From an uncultured Actinomycetota bacterium (lineage in GTDB: Bacteria > Actinomycetota > UBA4738 > HRBIN12): DNA of 64,000 nt. The stretch lies in NCBI GenBank assembly GCA_963778505.1, contig CAVZUH010000004.1, forward strand, positions 717,607-781,606, given 5' to 3'. Below the pieces are notes generated by a model. That model ran no database searches. It was not told where the DNA came from and saw nothing but the letters and a program-made list of their open reading frames with translations. The translations under genes were made by a program, and so were the position numbers. Below, one piece after another: positions 50,762-60,262 of this stretch (position 1 is the stretch's first letter; each line of letters starts with the position of its first letter).

Positions 50762-51616
50762 CGGCCGAGCAGGCTACGGCGTCTCGGTGTCAGCCAGCAC
50801 AACCACGTTGAGTCTCTGCAGCACGCCAGCCCTTGCATCCGGTCCCTCCGAGCGCACCCCCTGCGTCGGCAGACCGACGAGCCAAGCGGCAACCGCATGC
50901 GTACGTCCATGGTGGACTGGGCCGAAGCTGATAGAGCTGTGGAGCACTTGCGGAGAGCCTCTAACCATGACGGCTACCGAGCGTGGCGCGGGGCGCTCCG
51001 GGACACTGGCACAAGGTGGTGGGTAAGCGATTGGCGAGCGCGACTGGGGAGGAACACTCGACCCAAACCGTCGGCCGCCGGCCGGTTCTCCCCGACGATC
51101 TCCGCCGCGTCGCTCGTGATCTGGAGCGGCTGGTGCACCTCCAGCCGCAGTCGAACTCTAGCGGAGCTGCAACGACTCGTAGTCCACCCTCCACGATCTG
51201 ATCCCGCGCTAGCGGGAGGAGGTCACCACGTGTCAAACGTGAGGCAGCGTTCTTCCTGCCCCGTTCAGGCACTCAGTCGCCCGAGTGTGGATGCGGCGCA
51301 GTCGAGATCTAAGCATGGAGCAATTCTTTCTCTGATCGTCCCGTCGACAAGCACCTGATCTATCGCCAGGTCACGGATGGAACACAGACCTGCGTTCGGC
51401 CCTCGTGAGCCTTTCGTCCAGGTCGGTCGAATCCCCCTCCAGGTTCATCTGAGCCAGCATTCCCCAGGCTCCAAGCGATGAAACGGCCGACCCCGGTCCC
51501 AGGCGTCAGCTCCCCCATCTGCCGGGGCACGTTCCTCAGACGGAGCGCCAAGTCGTTCATGGAGGCCGGCCGGTGGGTATGGGGACTGGAGCGAGACTAT
51601 GGGGGGCCGGGGGGAC

Positions 51617-52312
51617 ATGGTGCACCCAGCAACACTGCGAAGAAAACTTGGCTTGTTCGTCCTGCTGCTCGCAGCAGCAGCCCGTGCTACGCCGGTCGTG
51701 GCTCACCGAGTCCGATCTCTTCATCGATCGGCACGGTCTCTGAACACAGCGATGTCAACTGGCGAGGCTGCGCCACCAACGTCCCCGTGCCCACCAGCGT
51801 CCCCGTGCCCACCAGCGTCCCCGTGCCCACCAGCGTCCCCGTGCCCACCAGCGTCCCCGTGCCCACCAGCGTCCCCGTGCCCACCAGCGTCCCCGTGCCC
51901 ACCAGCGTCCCCGTGCCCACTAGCGTCCCCGACCCCATCGATTCGGTCTTGGACACCGTCTCGGACGCGACCGGGGTTTCGGGCACCGCCTCCGGCGCAA
52001 CCGGCGCGGCATCCACCGCGGCCTCCGGCGCGACGGGGCGCGGGCCCGATTACGGTCTCGGATCGGGCGCGAGCACGCGTGGCAACGCATCGACCCGTGA
52101 GGGACCGGGCGGGCCCTGTGATGCCCAGACGGACACGTGCATCCCGGAAGCGGCGGGGAAGGGTTGGCTTGCCAGAACGGTGGAGCGAGTACTCGGTTTC
52201 CTCGCACTAACGGGGTGGGCAGTGCTGCCATGGATCGGTGATCGCCGTTGGTCTCGCTGCCCTGGGGATCTTCCTTCTGCGGTCGAGCAGGAGCTCGACT
52301 TCCAGAACTTGA
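51617..52312 (+). CDS. secreted repeat protein with LAxTG-type sortase sorting signal (about 2 frame breaks)
   Basis: Signal peptide MVHPATLRRKLGLFVLLLAAAARATPVVA (ORF 51599..). Then 8 x VPVPTS and a Gly/Ala/Thr-rich region (ORF 51478..). Ends LALTGWAVLPWI-(shift)-VIAVGLAALGIFLLRSSRSSTSRT, stop 52310-52312. Confidence 0.55.
51781..51924 (+). repeat. 8 x 18-bp tandem repeat gtccccgtgcccaccagc (7 identical units, 1 variant)
   Basis: Read directly from the sequence. There are no spacers, so it is not a CRISPR array. Confidence 0.95.
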
Positions 52313-52390
52313 CCCGCGAAGCCCACCTCCCCGGCGTCAGGCCTTGGCGGGCCGCTGGGGATGCCGGCGCCGCGTTCGAACTTCCTCGAG

Positions 52391-53801
52391 CTACCAGGAG
52401 AACCCGGGTGGAACCGGCTGGCAAAGCGACTCCGTAAGCGTCCGGAGCTGAGCTGCCCTCGTTGGTCTCCTCGACGCAACGTTCTGGAGCTGCCTGGGAT
52501 CCTTGAGGAGGTCGTACAGCTCTTCCTCGCCGGTCGAGTAGTGGACGAACGTGAAGGATGGCGTTCGAACACCGCAGTAGGTGGGCACCGCCGGAGCCGT
52601 CTTCAGATGCTCGAGCAGGACCGAATCCCTGACCGAAGACGACCGGTCGGTCCACAGCGGTCGCAGGGAGACGCCATCTGCCGGGATGCGACGTCCCCGC
52701 GAAGTCCGCGATAGTGGGGGCCAGGTCGACGTTCGACACGAGGGCGTTCGACACGGTGCCAGCCGGGATCTCCCCGGGCAGGCGGACGATCATCGGCACT
52801 CGTATCGACTCCTCGTACGGGACCTGCTTGCCGCGCCACCTGTGCTCCCGGTTGGACAAGCCGTTGTCTGACGTGAAGATCACGAGGGTGTCGGCCGAAC
52901 GCCCGGTCTCCACGAGCGCGCCCATGACCCTCGAAACCAGCTCGTCTACGGCGAGCAGGGCTTCCCACCGGTCCCGCGTCCGCTTGACCGCCCCGAAGAT
53001 GCCCCGCGCCTGGTCGGCGATGTAGGCGGGCTTGTCGGACACGTCGGCTTCGTCCACCGCCGGGCCCAACGGGACCGGGGCCGAGGCGAAGGTGCCCTCA
53101 TGACGAGGTGCGGCGATGGCGGGATCGTGAGGGGCGAAAGGTGTCACGACCAAGAGGAACGGAGTTCCTTGGGGCGCGTTCCGGATGAATGAGACGGCCT
53201 GCCTGCGAAGCAGATCGGTCGAATAGTCCTTCGGGCGAGATCCGTAGCCGACGTGACCGCGGATGTCGTCGTAGACCGTGTAACCGAAGTAGCGTCCGAC
53301 ACCGGTCATCGCGAACCATCGATCCCAGCCCGGGGGGACGTTCGCTGACTCGCCGCCGTATCCGTTCATGTACTTGCCTATCAGCGCGGTCCGATACCCC
53401 ACGTCGTCGAGAGCCGTGGCGATCGTGTCCGTTTCCGAGGGTTGGAAGACGGACCAGCCGCCATTCGGAGGGATGTTCGAATAGACGCCTGTCGTGTGGG
53501 AGTACTTGCCTGTGAAGATCGTAGCCCGAGAAGGACAGCACAAGGGATTGGTGATGATCGCCCTGCGAAGCGTCATCCCTCGCGTCACCAAGAGACGCCG
53601 GACCTCGGGCATCACTCGGAGAGTGTCGTAGCGCTGGTCGTCTGTGACGATCAGGACGATGTTGGGAGGACCGGGCGTCTGGGCACGTGCAGGCCGCTGC
53701 GGTGTCTCCGCGACCAGCAATCCCCATTGAAGCGCGGTCAGCAACAGGACGACCGACGCAGCGTGCAGACCGCGACGGACCGAGACCCCCAACCCCCCCA
53801 T
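52391..53801 (-). CDS. Cys-type sulfatase with signal peptide (one frame break near 52700)
   Basis: IVLIVTDDQRYD, NPLCCPSRATIFTGKYSHTTGV, LVIFTSDNG. The tail in ORF 52391..52588 is YCGVRTPSFTFVHYSTGEEELYDL...CQPVPPGFSW. Confidence 0.85.
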
Positions 53802-54033
53802 GAAAGCAGCAACCTAGCACGGCTCACAGAAGAGTTCTGGTTCGACGCAACACTCGCCGTGAAGCAACGCCTCGTAGAGCGAGTCGAAAACCCTATCGAG
53901 GCGGCGGCACCGCTCGCGATCCCAGCGGCTGCGCGATCACCTCGAGTAGGCGATCTGGCGGATCCGCTCCCGCGCGACGCCGAGCCTCCCCGGACGGCGA
54001 GCGCACCTGTTCTGACCGGTCGCCTCGAGGGGC

Positions 54034-54518
54034 TCAGCCTTGTCCCAGAGCGCTTCGGAGCTGATCCAGCATGGCCTGCTCGCCTTCGCTGACCTGCACC
54101 GCGCCGAAGCCCATGAACCCGCCTTCTTTCGCGGCGTCAGCAGCCGCCTGCGCCGCCATGACCAGCCAGCCTCGAAAGGCTTGGGACTCTTCAGGTGTTG
54201 CCTTCTCGGCGACGATCGCGTCGACGGCACGAAGTTCGTCGAGGAATCTCGGTGCCAGCGGTTGCTGCACTAGTCGGCTTGAAATTCCGCGCCGGGTTCT
54301 GCTTCTGATTCATCATGGCCTGGATGTCGAGGGCCACCGCAGCGAGCAACTCTCCCTGGCTGGGCGGAACGGTGGCAGCGCGGAGCGTCGCCATCATTTC
54401 CTTCGAGATCTTCGATCGGACCGCCGGGGTCAGCGATCGTGATCGCCATCCCCGCCACCATCGGCGCCCGGAGCACACGTTCCCACTCGTCGTCGGTGAA
54501 CGATGCTTTCGACGTCAT
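54034..54518 (-). CDS. conserved hypothetical protein (two frame breaks)
   Basis: MTSKASFTDDEWERVLRAPMVAGMAITIADPGGPI / SKEMMATLRAATVPPSQGELLAAVALDIQ / QQPLAPRFLDELRAV...GFMGFGAVQVSEGEQAMLDQLRSALGQG, in three frames. Confidence 0.5.
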
Positions 54519-54532
54519 TCGACCTCCCCCTC

Positions 54533-54903
54533 ATCGCCCAGAATTCAGCCTACTCGTGACGCACGGCGGCGCGGCGCCCTCATCCGCGCAGACCTGGAAG
54601 TTGTCGTTCGCCGCTGGTGGTCTGAGGACTCGTGCACCGAGCGACATGACACGATCGTGGGCCTCCGCGAAGTCCTCCACCCACAGGTCGAGGTGGAGCT
54701 GCTGCTCGGGTGTGCCGTCCGGCCAGTCGGGCGGGACAGGTTCGCCGCCAGCTGACAGCGACCTGCGACTCGCCGTCGACCATCACCCTGTGCCAGTCGT
54801 CCTGGGCATCGACCGTGCCGTCGAGCACACCGGCCCAGAACGTGCTGTCAGCCGCGAGGTCGCGTGCGTCGAACACGACTACCCGACGAGTTCGCACCCC
54901 CAA
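54533..54903 (-). CDS. glyoxalase/VOC-family protein (frame breaks; 3-prime end approximate)
   Basis: VRTRRVVVFDARDLAADSTFWAGVLDGTV...WHRVMVDGESQVAV, then in a shifted frame PDWPDGTPEQQLHLDLWVEDFAEAHDRVMSLGARVLRP...FQVCAD. Confidence 0.5.
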
Positions 54904-55066
54904 CCTTACCGATGGGTTCGGCGTTGTCGCAGCCTGACTCGTTACAGGACTGACGTGGCGAACGTCACCATCGACCAGTGCGCGTCGGCACGGACTCCAC
55001 GAAACGCCGTCCGTAGGGTCGGTTCATCGACAAGATCCCGAAGGGATCGAGAGGGAAGGGGGAGCC

Positions 55067-55666
55067 ATGAGCGCCCAGGGAGCAACCCTCGGAAGAGGGA
55101 CCGTCCGGATCCCGATCTGGCCCGTGGCCGTCGTCGTTCTAGCCACCACCGCCGCAGTGATCGGACTGTCCTCGATCGACTCGATCGGCTCGATCGCGCC
55201 GGCGAGGACGCTGGTGACGGTGACCGACGCCCAGCGGCTCGCGAGCTCGACCGCTGCGGTCCGTGAGCAGGGAGCAACGCTTCCGGTGATCGTCGGTATC
55301 TCCCACGTGGCACCGTCGCTCCAGGCGTCCACGGGCTACGCGGGCTTCGAGAACCCGGCCGCCACCTACATCCGCGAGTCGTCCGGCTACGCGGGCTTCG
55401 AGAATCCCGCGGCCAGCGGCGCTGTTGCATGGGGTTCGATCGGCGGCCCGAACGAAGCTCTGCACCGCCAGTACAGCCCTCCCCAGGACGGCGTGGCATC
55501 GGCACCCACCTGGGGTCCGAATCATGGTGAACGGCGAGCCCTGCATGCAGTGCAGGTAGACCCCCGCCGTGCAGGCGAGAAAGGGGCCGGCGGCTCGCCG
55601 GCCCCTTTTCCATCTCACCGGCGCCGAGAGCGTCCCCGACCGTTTTCGCGGGTGGAGCGGGGGTGA
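55067..55666 (+). CDS. membrane-anchored protein with internal GYAGFENPAA duplication (true stop probably upstream of 55583)
   Basis: GGGAAGGGGGAG precedes the ATG. TM IWPVAVVVLATTAAVIGL. 30-bp repeats at 55334-55363 and 55385-55414. The annotated ORF tail runs through an intrinsic terminator. Confidence 0.5.
   Translation: MSAQGATLGRGTVRIPIWPVAVVVLATTAAVIGLSSIDSIGSIAPARTLVTVTDAQRLASSTAAVREQGATLPVIVGISHVAPSLQASTGYAGFENPAATYIRESSGYAGFENPAASGAVAWGSIGGPNEALHRQYSPPQDGVASAPTWGPNHGERRALHAVQVDPRRAGEKGAGGSPAPFPSHRRRERPRPFSRVERG
55583..55609. terminator. bidirectional intrinsic terminator
   Basis: GGGGCCGGCG-gct-CGCCGGCCCC: 10-bp GC stem, 3-nt loop, AAA on the left and TTTT on the right. Lies between convergent genes. 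Confidence 0.8.
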
Positions 55667-55833
55667 GGCCGAGCAAGGGGAAAGCCCCCAGCTCAACCTG
55701 GGCCCTCCCTCATGGCAGTCCGTCCCGCCAGCCTCGAGCTCCCGGTGCTCGCGCACGCTCACGCCGAGACGGACCAACGCAGATCCGATAATTAGGTCTT
55801 ACCACTGAAGCGATGCTGACGGGGCGCCAGCGA

Positions 55834-56187
55834 TCATGGAACGCGGCCGGGGTCCGTTCCTAGCAGGAGCGCGACAGTGATGAGCCCGCAGAGCACGATG
55901 ACGCCGGCGATCATCACGGCGATGCCCGGTGCTGGCAGGGGTTCGCCGTCGCGGATCGCGGTGTCCATCGCCCGCCATCGGCGCCGTGCAATGGCAGCGG
56001 TCACGACACCCGCGAGGATCAGCAGGACCCCGACCGTCTCCCACGCCCAATGGAGCGTCTGCCCCGCAAGGAGCCGTGCGGCCGCCACGCCGGAGGCGAC
56101 GAGTGCGAGCGCCGTCCGCAGCCACGCAAGATACGTCCGCTCATTCGCTAGTTGGAACTGCACTTCAGGACTACGACGCTCGCTCAT
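55834..56187 (-). CDS. DUF202 (YidH-like) membrane protein
   Basis: ATG 56187. MSERRSPEVQFQLANERTYLAWLRTALALVASG... with three TM segments. Confidence 0.8.
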   Translation of the reverse strand: MSERRSPEVQFQLANERTYLAWLRTALALVASGVAAARLLAGQTLHWAWETVGVLLILAGVVTAAIARRRWRAMDTAIRDGEPLPAPGIAVMIAGVIVLCGLITVALLLGTDPGRVP

Positions 56188-56348
56188 GTCCAAACTCCCG
56201 CTATCGAGATGGCGCGAGCCTAGCGCGTACCTAGACGGACTTCGGGCCTCCGTAGCGCACGTGCGCCGGATGCACGATGACAGACGGTGCTCGCTCCCGC
56301 AAGGTCGAGCAAACCGCCCAGCCCACAACCCCTGCAAGGAGGACGTCC

Positions 56349-57220
56349 ATGCACCGTCACCGTCGAGCCATCCGAAACGGCACGCTCATCGGCTTGATCG
56401 TCGCGCTGATCCTTCCGGCGTCCTCCGCGTTCGCGGCGGCGATCTCGCTCGAACGCACCATCCGAACCACGCCCTTCGCCGGGACGTCGGTGTCGATGAG
56501 GATCACGAGGGCAGCGCGTTCGTGCCGGTGGACAACTCCCTTTGGCTCGCAGACGACAACGGCGACGCCCTCTACGAGGTGAACCCGACGACCGGAGCCT
56601 TGAAGCGGAAGATCCCGCAGGCCGACTTCAACGCGGCGCCCAGGTTGGGTGGCGGTCCGCAGGCAGGTTCGAACCGCACCGAAGACTTCGAGGCCCTCGC
56701 CTACGATGTGAACAGCGATACGCTGTACGTCTTCTCCGGCCGGTGCTGCTCGTCCTCGATACTGCCGACGGCCTTCCGACTGACGCGCCAGAGCGGCACC
56801 CTTCGGGTAGCGGACTGGCAGCCGTTGGCTTCGACCGCCGACTACACCGGGGCGGCCTGGAACCCCGGCGACAACAGGATCTACGTGGGCAAGGGTCGTC
56901 TGTTCCGCTCCTTCGACTACACGACGGCGGCGGAGGGACCTACTTTCAAGGTGCAAGGCGTTTCGGGGATCATGGGCATGGACTTTTCCGCGAACGGCGC
57001 CGACCTCTTCATCACCAACAACAACGAACGGCTGATCCGGATCAACTGGGGAACCAGGACCATCGTCGGCGGCTGGAACCTCGACCTGACTCCCTTCGGC
57101 GTGCGAGATAGCCGGGCGGTCGCGGTTGTAGGTGGTCGCTATCTCGTCAGCGACGGAGCCGACTCGCGGGCGAATGGGGACCCCCTCAAGTACGCAGTGT
57201 TCGTCTTCGCAGCCGCCTAA
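56349..57220 (+). CDS. secreted beta-propeller-like protein (SdiA-regulated/phytase-like, tentative; one frame break near 56490)
   Basis: AAGGAGGA precedes ATG 56349. Signal peptide LIVALILPASSAFAAA. Then DNSLWLADDNGDALYEVNPTTG...EDFEALAYDVNSDTLYVFSG...GMDFSANGADLFITNNNERLIRINW. Confidence 0.65.
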
Positions 57221-57463
57221 CCCCATCCTGCTGCCGCGGGCGTCAGGACGTCGCGAACGCTTACGTCGCCTCGGATCTCCCATGATCTGCCGTCGATCCT
57301 GCACGTGCCGGACGAGGTACACCTGCTGCACGAGGAGCGGGTCCACCTCCCGGGGCCGCCGCGCGCGTTCGTGGAAGTGCCGGCTCCGTCGTGCGACAGT
57401 TCATCGATGGAAGGGCCGACAGACCGCTGTCGGTCTGGTGACGCCCGAGTCTCGGAGGACGCT

Positions 57464-57877
57464 ATGAAGATGAAGGGACAGCTGAACGTGAAGACCCCGG
57501 CCGAGTACATCGCCGCGGTGGACGACAAGCGCCGGTCCGACATCGCGGCACTCGATGCGCTTATCCGCAAGCACGCTCCGAAGCTCGAGCCGGTCATCAT
57601 GGAGGGCATGCTCGGTTACGGGCCGTTCCATTACCGCTATGCGAGCGGCCGCGAGGGCGACGCCTGCAAGCTCTCGGTCGCGAGCAACGCCTCGTACATC
57701 TCGCTTTACTGCTTCGCCGCTGACGCGAAGGGCTACGTGGCCGAGCGGTACGTCGACCGGCTCCCGAAGGCCAACATCGGCAAGGCCTGCGTGATGTTCA
57801 AGAAGCTCGCGGACCTCGACGAGAAGTCGCTCGTGGCGCTCATCAAGGAGACCGCGAAGATGGGCCTCGTCGCCTGA
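57464..57877 (+). CDS. DUF1801 (YdhG-like) domain protein
   Basis: CGGAGGA precedes ATG 57464. MKMKGQLNVKTPAEYIAAVDDKRRSDIAALDALIRK...ACVMFKKLADLDEKSLVALIKE. Confidence 0.8.
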   Translation: MKMKGQLNVKTPAEYIAAVDDKRRSDIAALDALIRKHAPKLEPVIMEGMLGYGPFHYRYASGREGDACKLSVASNASYISLYCFAADAKGYVAERYVDRLPKANIGKACVMFKKLADLDEKSLVALIKETAKMGLVA

Positions 57878-57921
57878 GCCCGCGCGACGTCGTGGCACGA
57901 CCGAAGGTTGCGCAGTCCTTC

Positions 57922-58206
57922 TCAGCAGAACGGGACGGGCGAGTTGTTCAGCGCCTCGATCCCGGCATATAACGCGTTCCCACCCTCGCTCTTAGCCTTC
58001 TCCAGCCTGTCGATGTCGATGTCGTTGCGGGTTTTCTCGTCGAGGGAAACGTGAGGCGGGTTTGGGGGGGCGCCTCCAGGTAGGCTTCGATCTCCCGGCA
58101 CTCCCGCATGGTCACGCCGAGGCGCCAGGCGACGTGACCCACCGACCAGCCCGGCTCGAAGTCGATCCTGCTCGAGCATCTTCGGGAACATCGACATCGC
58201 TTGCAA
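57922..58206 (-). CDS. small XRE-type HTH regulator, paralogue A (two compensating frame breaks)
   Basis: MSMFPKMLEQDR / FEPGWSVGHVAWRLGVTMRECREIEAYLEAPP / NPPHVSLDEKTRNDIDIDRLEKAKSEGGNALYAGIEALNN. The second hop is at the G7 run 58064-58070. Divergent from the cupin gene. Confidence 0.65.
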   Translation of the reverse strand: MQAMSMFPKMLEQDRLRAGLVGGSRRLAPRRDHAGVPGDRSLPGGAPPNPPHVSLDEKTRNDIDIDRLEKAKSEGGNALYAGIEALNNSPVPFC

Positions 58207-58274
58207 ATGACTTTCCGTAGGGTCGGGATCATCCTTCGTTTGCCCTGCTGCATCCGGAGGGGAACAATGGAAAC

Positions 58275-58607
58275 GTGCAGAAACTCTCCCTCGACTCCCT
58301 CGCTCGCCAAGAGCTCAAGCGAGCAGCCAACACTGAGAGCGGCCGGAGTGCAGAGACGATCGTTGGTGGACACGCAAAGGTGCTGCGTCAGACGGTAATC
58401 GCCATGATGAAGGGCGTCGTCCACAACGAGCACGAGAGTCCGGGCGAGGCGACGGTACAAGTCTTGCACGGACGCGTTCGGATGTCGGCAGGCGATTCGT
58501 CCTGGGAGGGTCGCGCGGGAACGGTGCTCATCGTGCCGGACGCACGCCACGCGCTCGAGGCGCTGGAAGACGCAGCCATCCTCCTAACCGTGGCGAAGCC
58601 AGGCTGA
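58275..58607 (+). CDS. cupin-domain protein
   Basis: Intact 110-aa ORF: ...HESPGEATVQVLHGRVRMSAGDSSWEGRAGTVLIVPDARHALEALEDAAILLTV. Confidence 0.75.
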   Translation: MQKLSLDSLARQELKRAANTESGRSAETIVGGHAKVLRQTVIAMMKGVVHNEHESPGEATVQVLHGRVRMSAGDSSWEGRAGTVLIVPDARHALEALEDAAILLTVAKPG

Positions 58608-58628
58608 CGCAGCCGGCCGCGAGAGCCA

Positions 58629-58694
58629 TCAGGCCGTCTGCCCGACCGACCAACCCGCCTGCTTCTGATCATTCTCGAGCATGGTGGGGAACAT
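58629..58694 (-). pseudogene. 5-prime remnant of an XRE-type HTH gene (paralogue B)
   Basis: MFPTMLENDQKQAGWSVGQTA then a stop. Matches the first 21 codons of the family. Confidence 0.45.
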
Positions 58695-58856
58695 CGCCAC
58701 ACACGGCGAAACTCGCGACGACCACTGACTCTGTGCTACTACGTGCGTGGACCGAGCTTTCTTCCTCTTCTCTCGACATCAACGGGCCCTCCAACAGAGC
58801 GGCATCCCTACGTCACTTGCACGGTTCGCGGGCTCCTCCTACGGACAACACTCCGA

Positions 58857-58954
58857 GGGCAGCCTAGGGGCGACTTCGCCCCGCTTGGGGAGAGGAGCTT
58901 TGAACGAACTTCCCCCTCGACCTCCCCCTGGCTGGGGACGCCCCTAGGCTGTCC
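58857..58954 (+). other. 98-nt imperfect palindrome closed by a 16-bp stem (candidate structured RNA or MITE-like element)
   Basis: 58857-58872 GGGCAGCCTAGGGGCG pairs with 58939-58954 CGCCCCTAGGCTGTCC, with one G-U that is possible only on the plus strand. Internal hairpins CCCCgcttGGGG and CCCCtggctGGGG. The surrounding 58.74-59.18 kb has no convincing ORF. Confidence 0.35.
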
Positions 58955-59182
58955 ATTCCGCCCGCGTCCGGCGACTCACTGGGGCCTCCTTTGGGGGTGC
59001 GCTCGTGGCTTCTCCTTCCCAGGGCCCAACTCCTCCTTGCTTCCGAGCCGCGACAAATGCGGCTGTGCATTGAGCCCATGAGGCCCGCCCCGCGTTCGCA
59101 AGTCAACGATCAGCGACGAGTGAGCCTCACGATCAGCCCCTATCAACAGGACGAGGCAACGGGTGCGACGATGAACGCCCAG

Positions 59183-59392
59183 TCAGGCATCTCGACTCCT
59201 TCCGCCAACGAACGTCTGCGGCCACCCGAACAGTTGGCAGATCCGGCCCCACGTCTCGAAGGTCGGCGAGCGCGTGCCGACCTCGACCTCCCGGTACTCC
59301 CTGACGCTCACGCCGAGGCGCCACGCCGCTTGCCCGACCGACCAGCCCGCCCGTTTCCGGTCCTGCTCGAGCATCGCAGGGAGCGCCGCCAC
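59183..59392 (-). CDS. small XRE-type HTH regulator, paralogue C (intact reference copy)
   Basis: MAALPAMLEQDRKRAGWSVGQAAWRLGVSVREYREVEVGTRSPTFETWGRICQLFGWPQTFVGGRSRDA. Divergent from the gene at 59521. Confidence 0.8.
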   Translation of the reverse strand: MAALPAMLEQDRKRAGWSVGQAAWRLGVSVREYREVEVGTRSPTFETWGRICQLFGWPQTFVGGRSRDA

Positions 59393-59520
59393 GAAGCCAC
59401 CTTAGGCCGCTGGGCGACGGTCGAGCGAGGGCACGAGCGAAGGAAGCGAGCTACGACTAGCCTACGGAGACGGTAGCCGTCCCCGGGAGTTCAACTCCTA
59501 TCGATCTGCGAAGGACGCGT

Positions 59521-59904
59521 ATGGATGTGGCGCGCAGGTTTTTCGTCGGGCTTGCCTGGCTGTTTGTCCTCGCTGTTGCGATCCAGTTTCTCCTCGCCGG
59601 CCTTGGTGTCCTAGGCGGCGAAAGCATGGAGCCGCACCGGCAGTGGGGCTTCATCGTCCTCCACCTCATACCGATCCTGATGCTCATCGCCGCGATCGTC
59701 GGCCGCATGGGGCGGACCGTCCTAGTTCTGACAGTGGTTCTCTTCCTGCTCGTGTTCGTGCAGCCGCTCTTCGCCGACGCGCAGCTTGATCCGCGTTGGC
59801 TGCGATCGCTGCACGTGCTCAACGCTCTGGTCATCTTCGCCCTTGGTCACCATCTGGCACAGCGAGGGACAAGGACTATCCGGGGTACGGCAGTCGTGAC
59901 CTGA
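59521..59904 (+). CDS. four-helix membrane protein (DUF6220-like, tentative)
   Basis: Intact 127-aa ORF, MDVARRFFVGLAWLFVLAVAIQFLLAGLGVLGG...HRQWGFIVLHLIPILMLIAAIVG. Confidence 0.7.
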   Translation: MDVARRFFVGLAWLFVLAVAIQFLLAGLGVLGGESMEPHRQWGFIVLHLIPILMLIAAIVGRMGRTVLVLTVVLFLLVFVQPLFADAQLDPRWLRSLHVLNALVIFALGHHLAQRGTRTIRGTAVVT

Positions 59905-60130
59905 GATGGCTTCCTGCCCTCGCTCTTCGCTCGACGCTGGACGCCAAGCCTTCGCGCTTCCTCGCTCGTTGCTGAAGATCAGCGATGTTCACGAGGTCGC
60001 CGAGCACCTCGACGGTCCTATCGTCCTGCCTCATGCGATCACGAGGTGCACCGTTCCTGGAGGCCGACGCCCTGGAGGCGAGGGCGACGACTCAGCCGAC
60101 GGCTCAAAGGATTTCGTCAGGGTCGGCTGG

Positions 60131-60169
60131 CGAACGTCTGCGGCCAGCCGAATAGGTTCGCAGATCCGG
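60131..60169 (-). repeat. orphan copy of the XRE 3-prime module (encodes ...ANLFGWPQTFASRP, no HTH upstream)
   Basis: cgaacgtctgcggccagccgaataggttcgcagatccgg compared with 59209-59246. Confidence 0.6.
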
Positions 60170-60262
60170 TGCCACCACCGGGGGAGGCTAGGCCATCGTG
60201 GCGACGATGGAGCGCCGGCCGGGCATCTACAAGAGGAACGGCGGCCCGCCACGACCGGAACG

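Noticed and set aside
51300-51360. VLVDGT-like snippet as a DDE transposase remnant
   Set aside because: It is a single short motif with no following catalytic D/E blocks or inverted repeats.
51781-51924. Possible CRISPR array (regular 18-bp repeats); the same question applies to 46769-46840 and 48148-48436
   Set aside because: The units are directly adjacent with no spacers, are too short, and are in-frame coding repeats within secreted or basic proteins.
53937-54010. Minus-strand peptide ...GRLGVARERIRQIAYSR resembling sigma-70 region 4.2
   Set aside because: It is only about 12 residues of similarity, overlaps the 3-prime end of the neighbouring gene, and has no region 2 or 3 upstream. 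It is possibly a remnant but is too short to call.
58741-59182. RNase P RNA, tmRNA, SRP or 6S RNA in the ORF-free tract
   Set aside because: None of the invariant blocks I know is present (for example GAGGAAAGTCC of RNase P, a tmRNA tag frame with a tRNA-like end, or the SRP GGAA tetraloop helix). The tract is reported only as an unclassified structured element.
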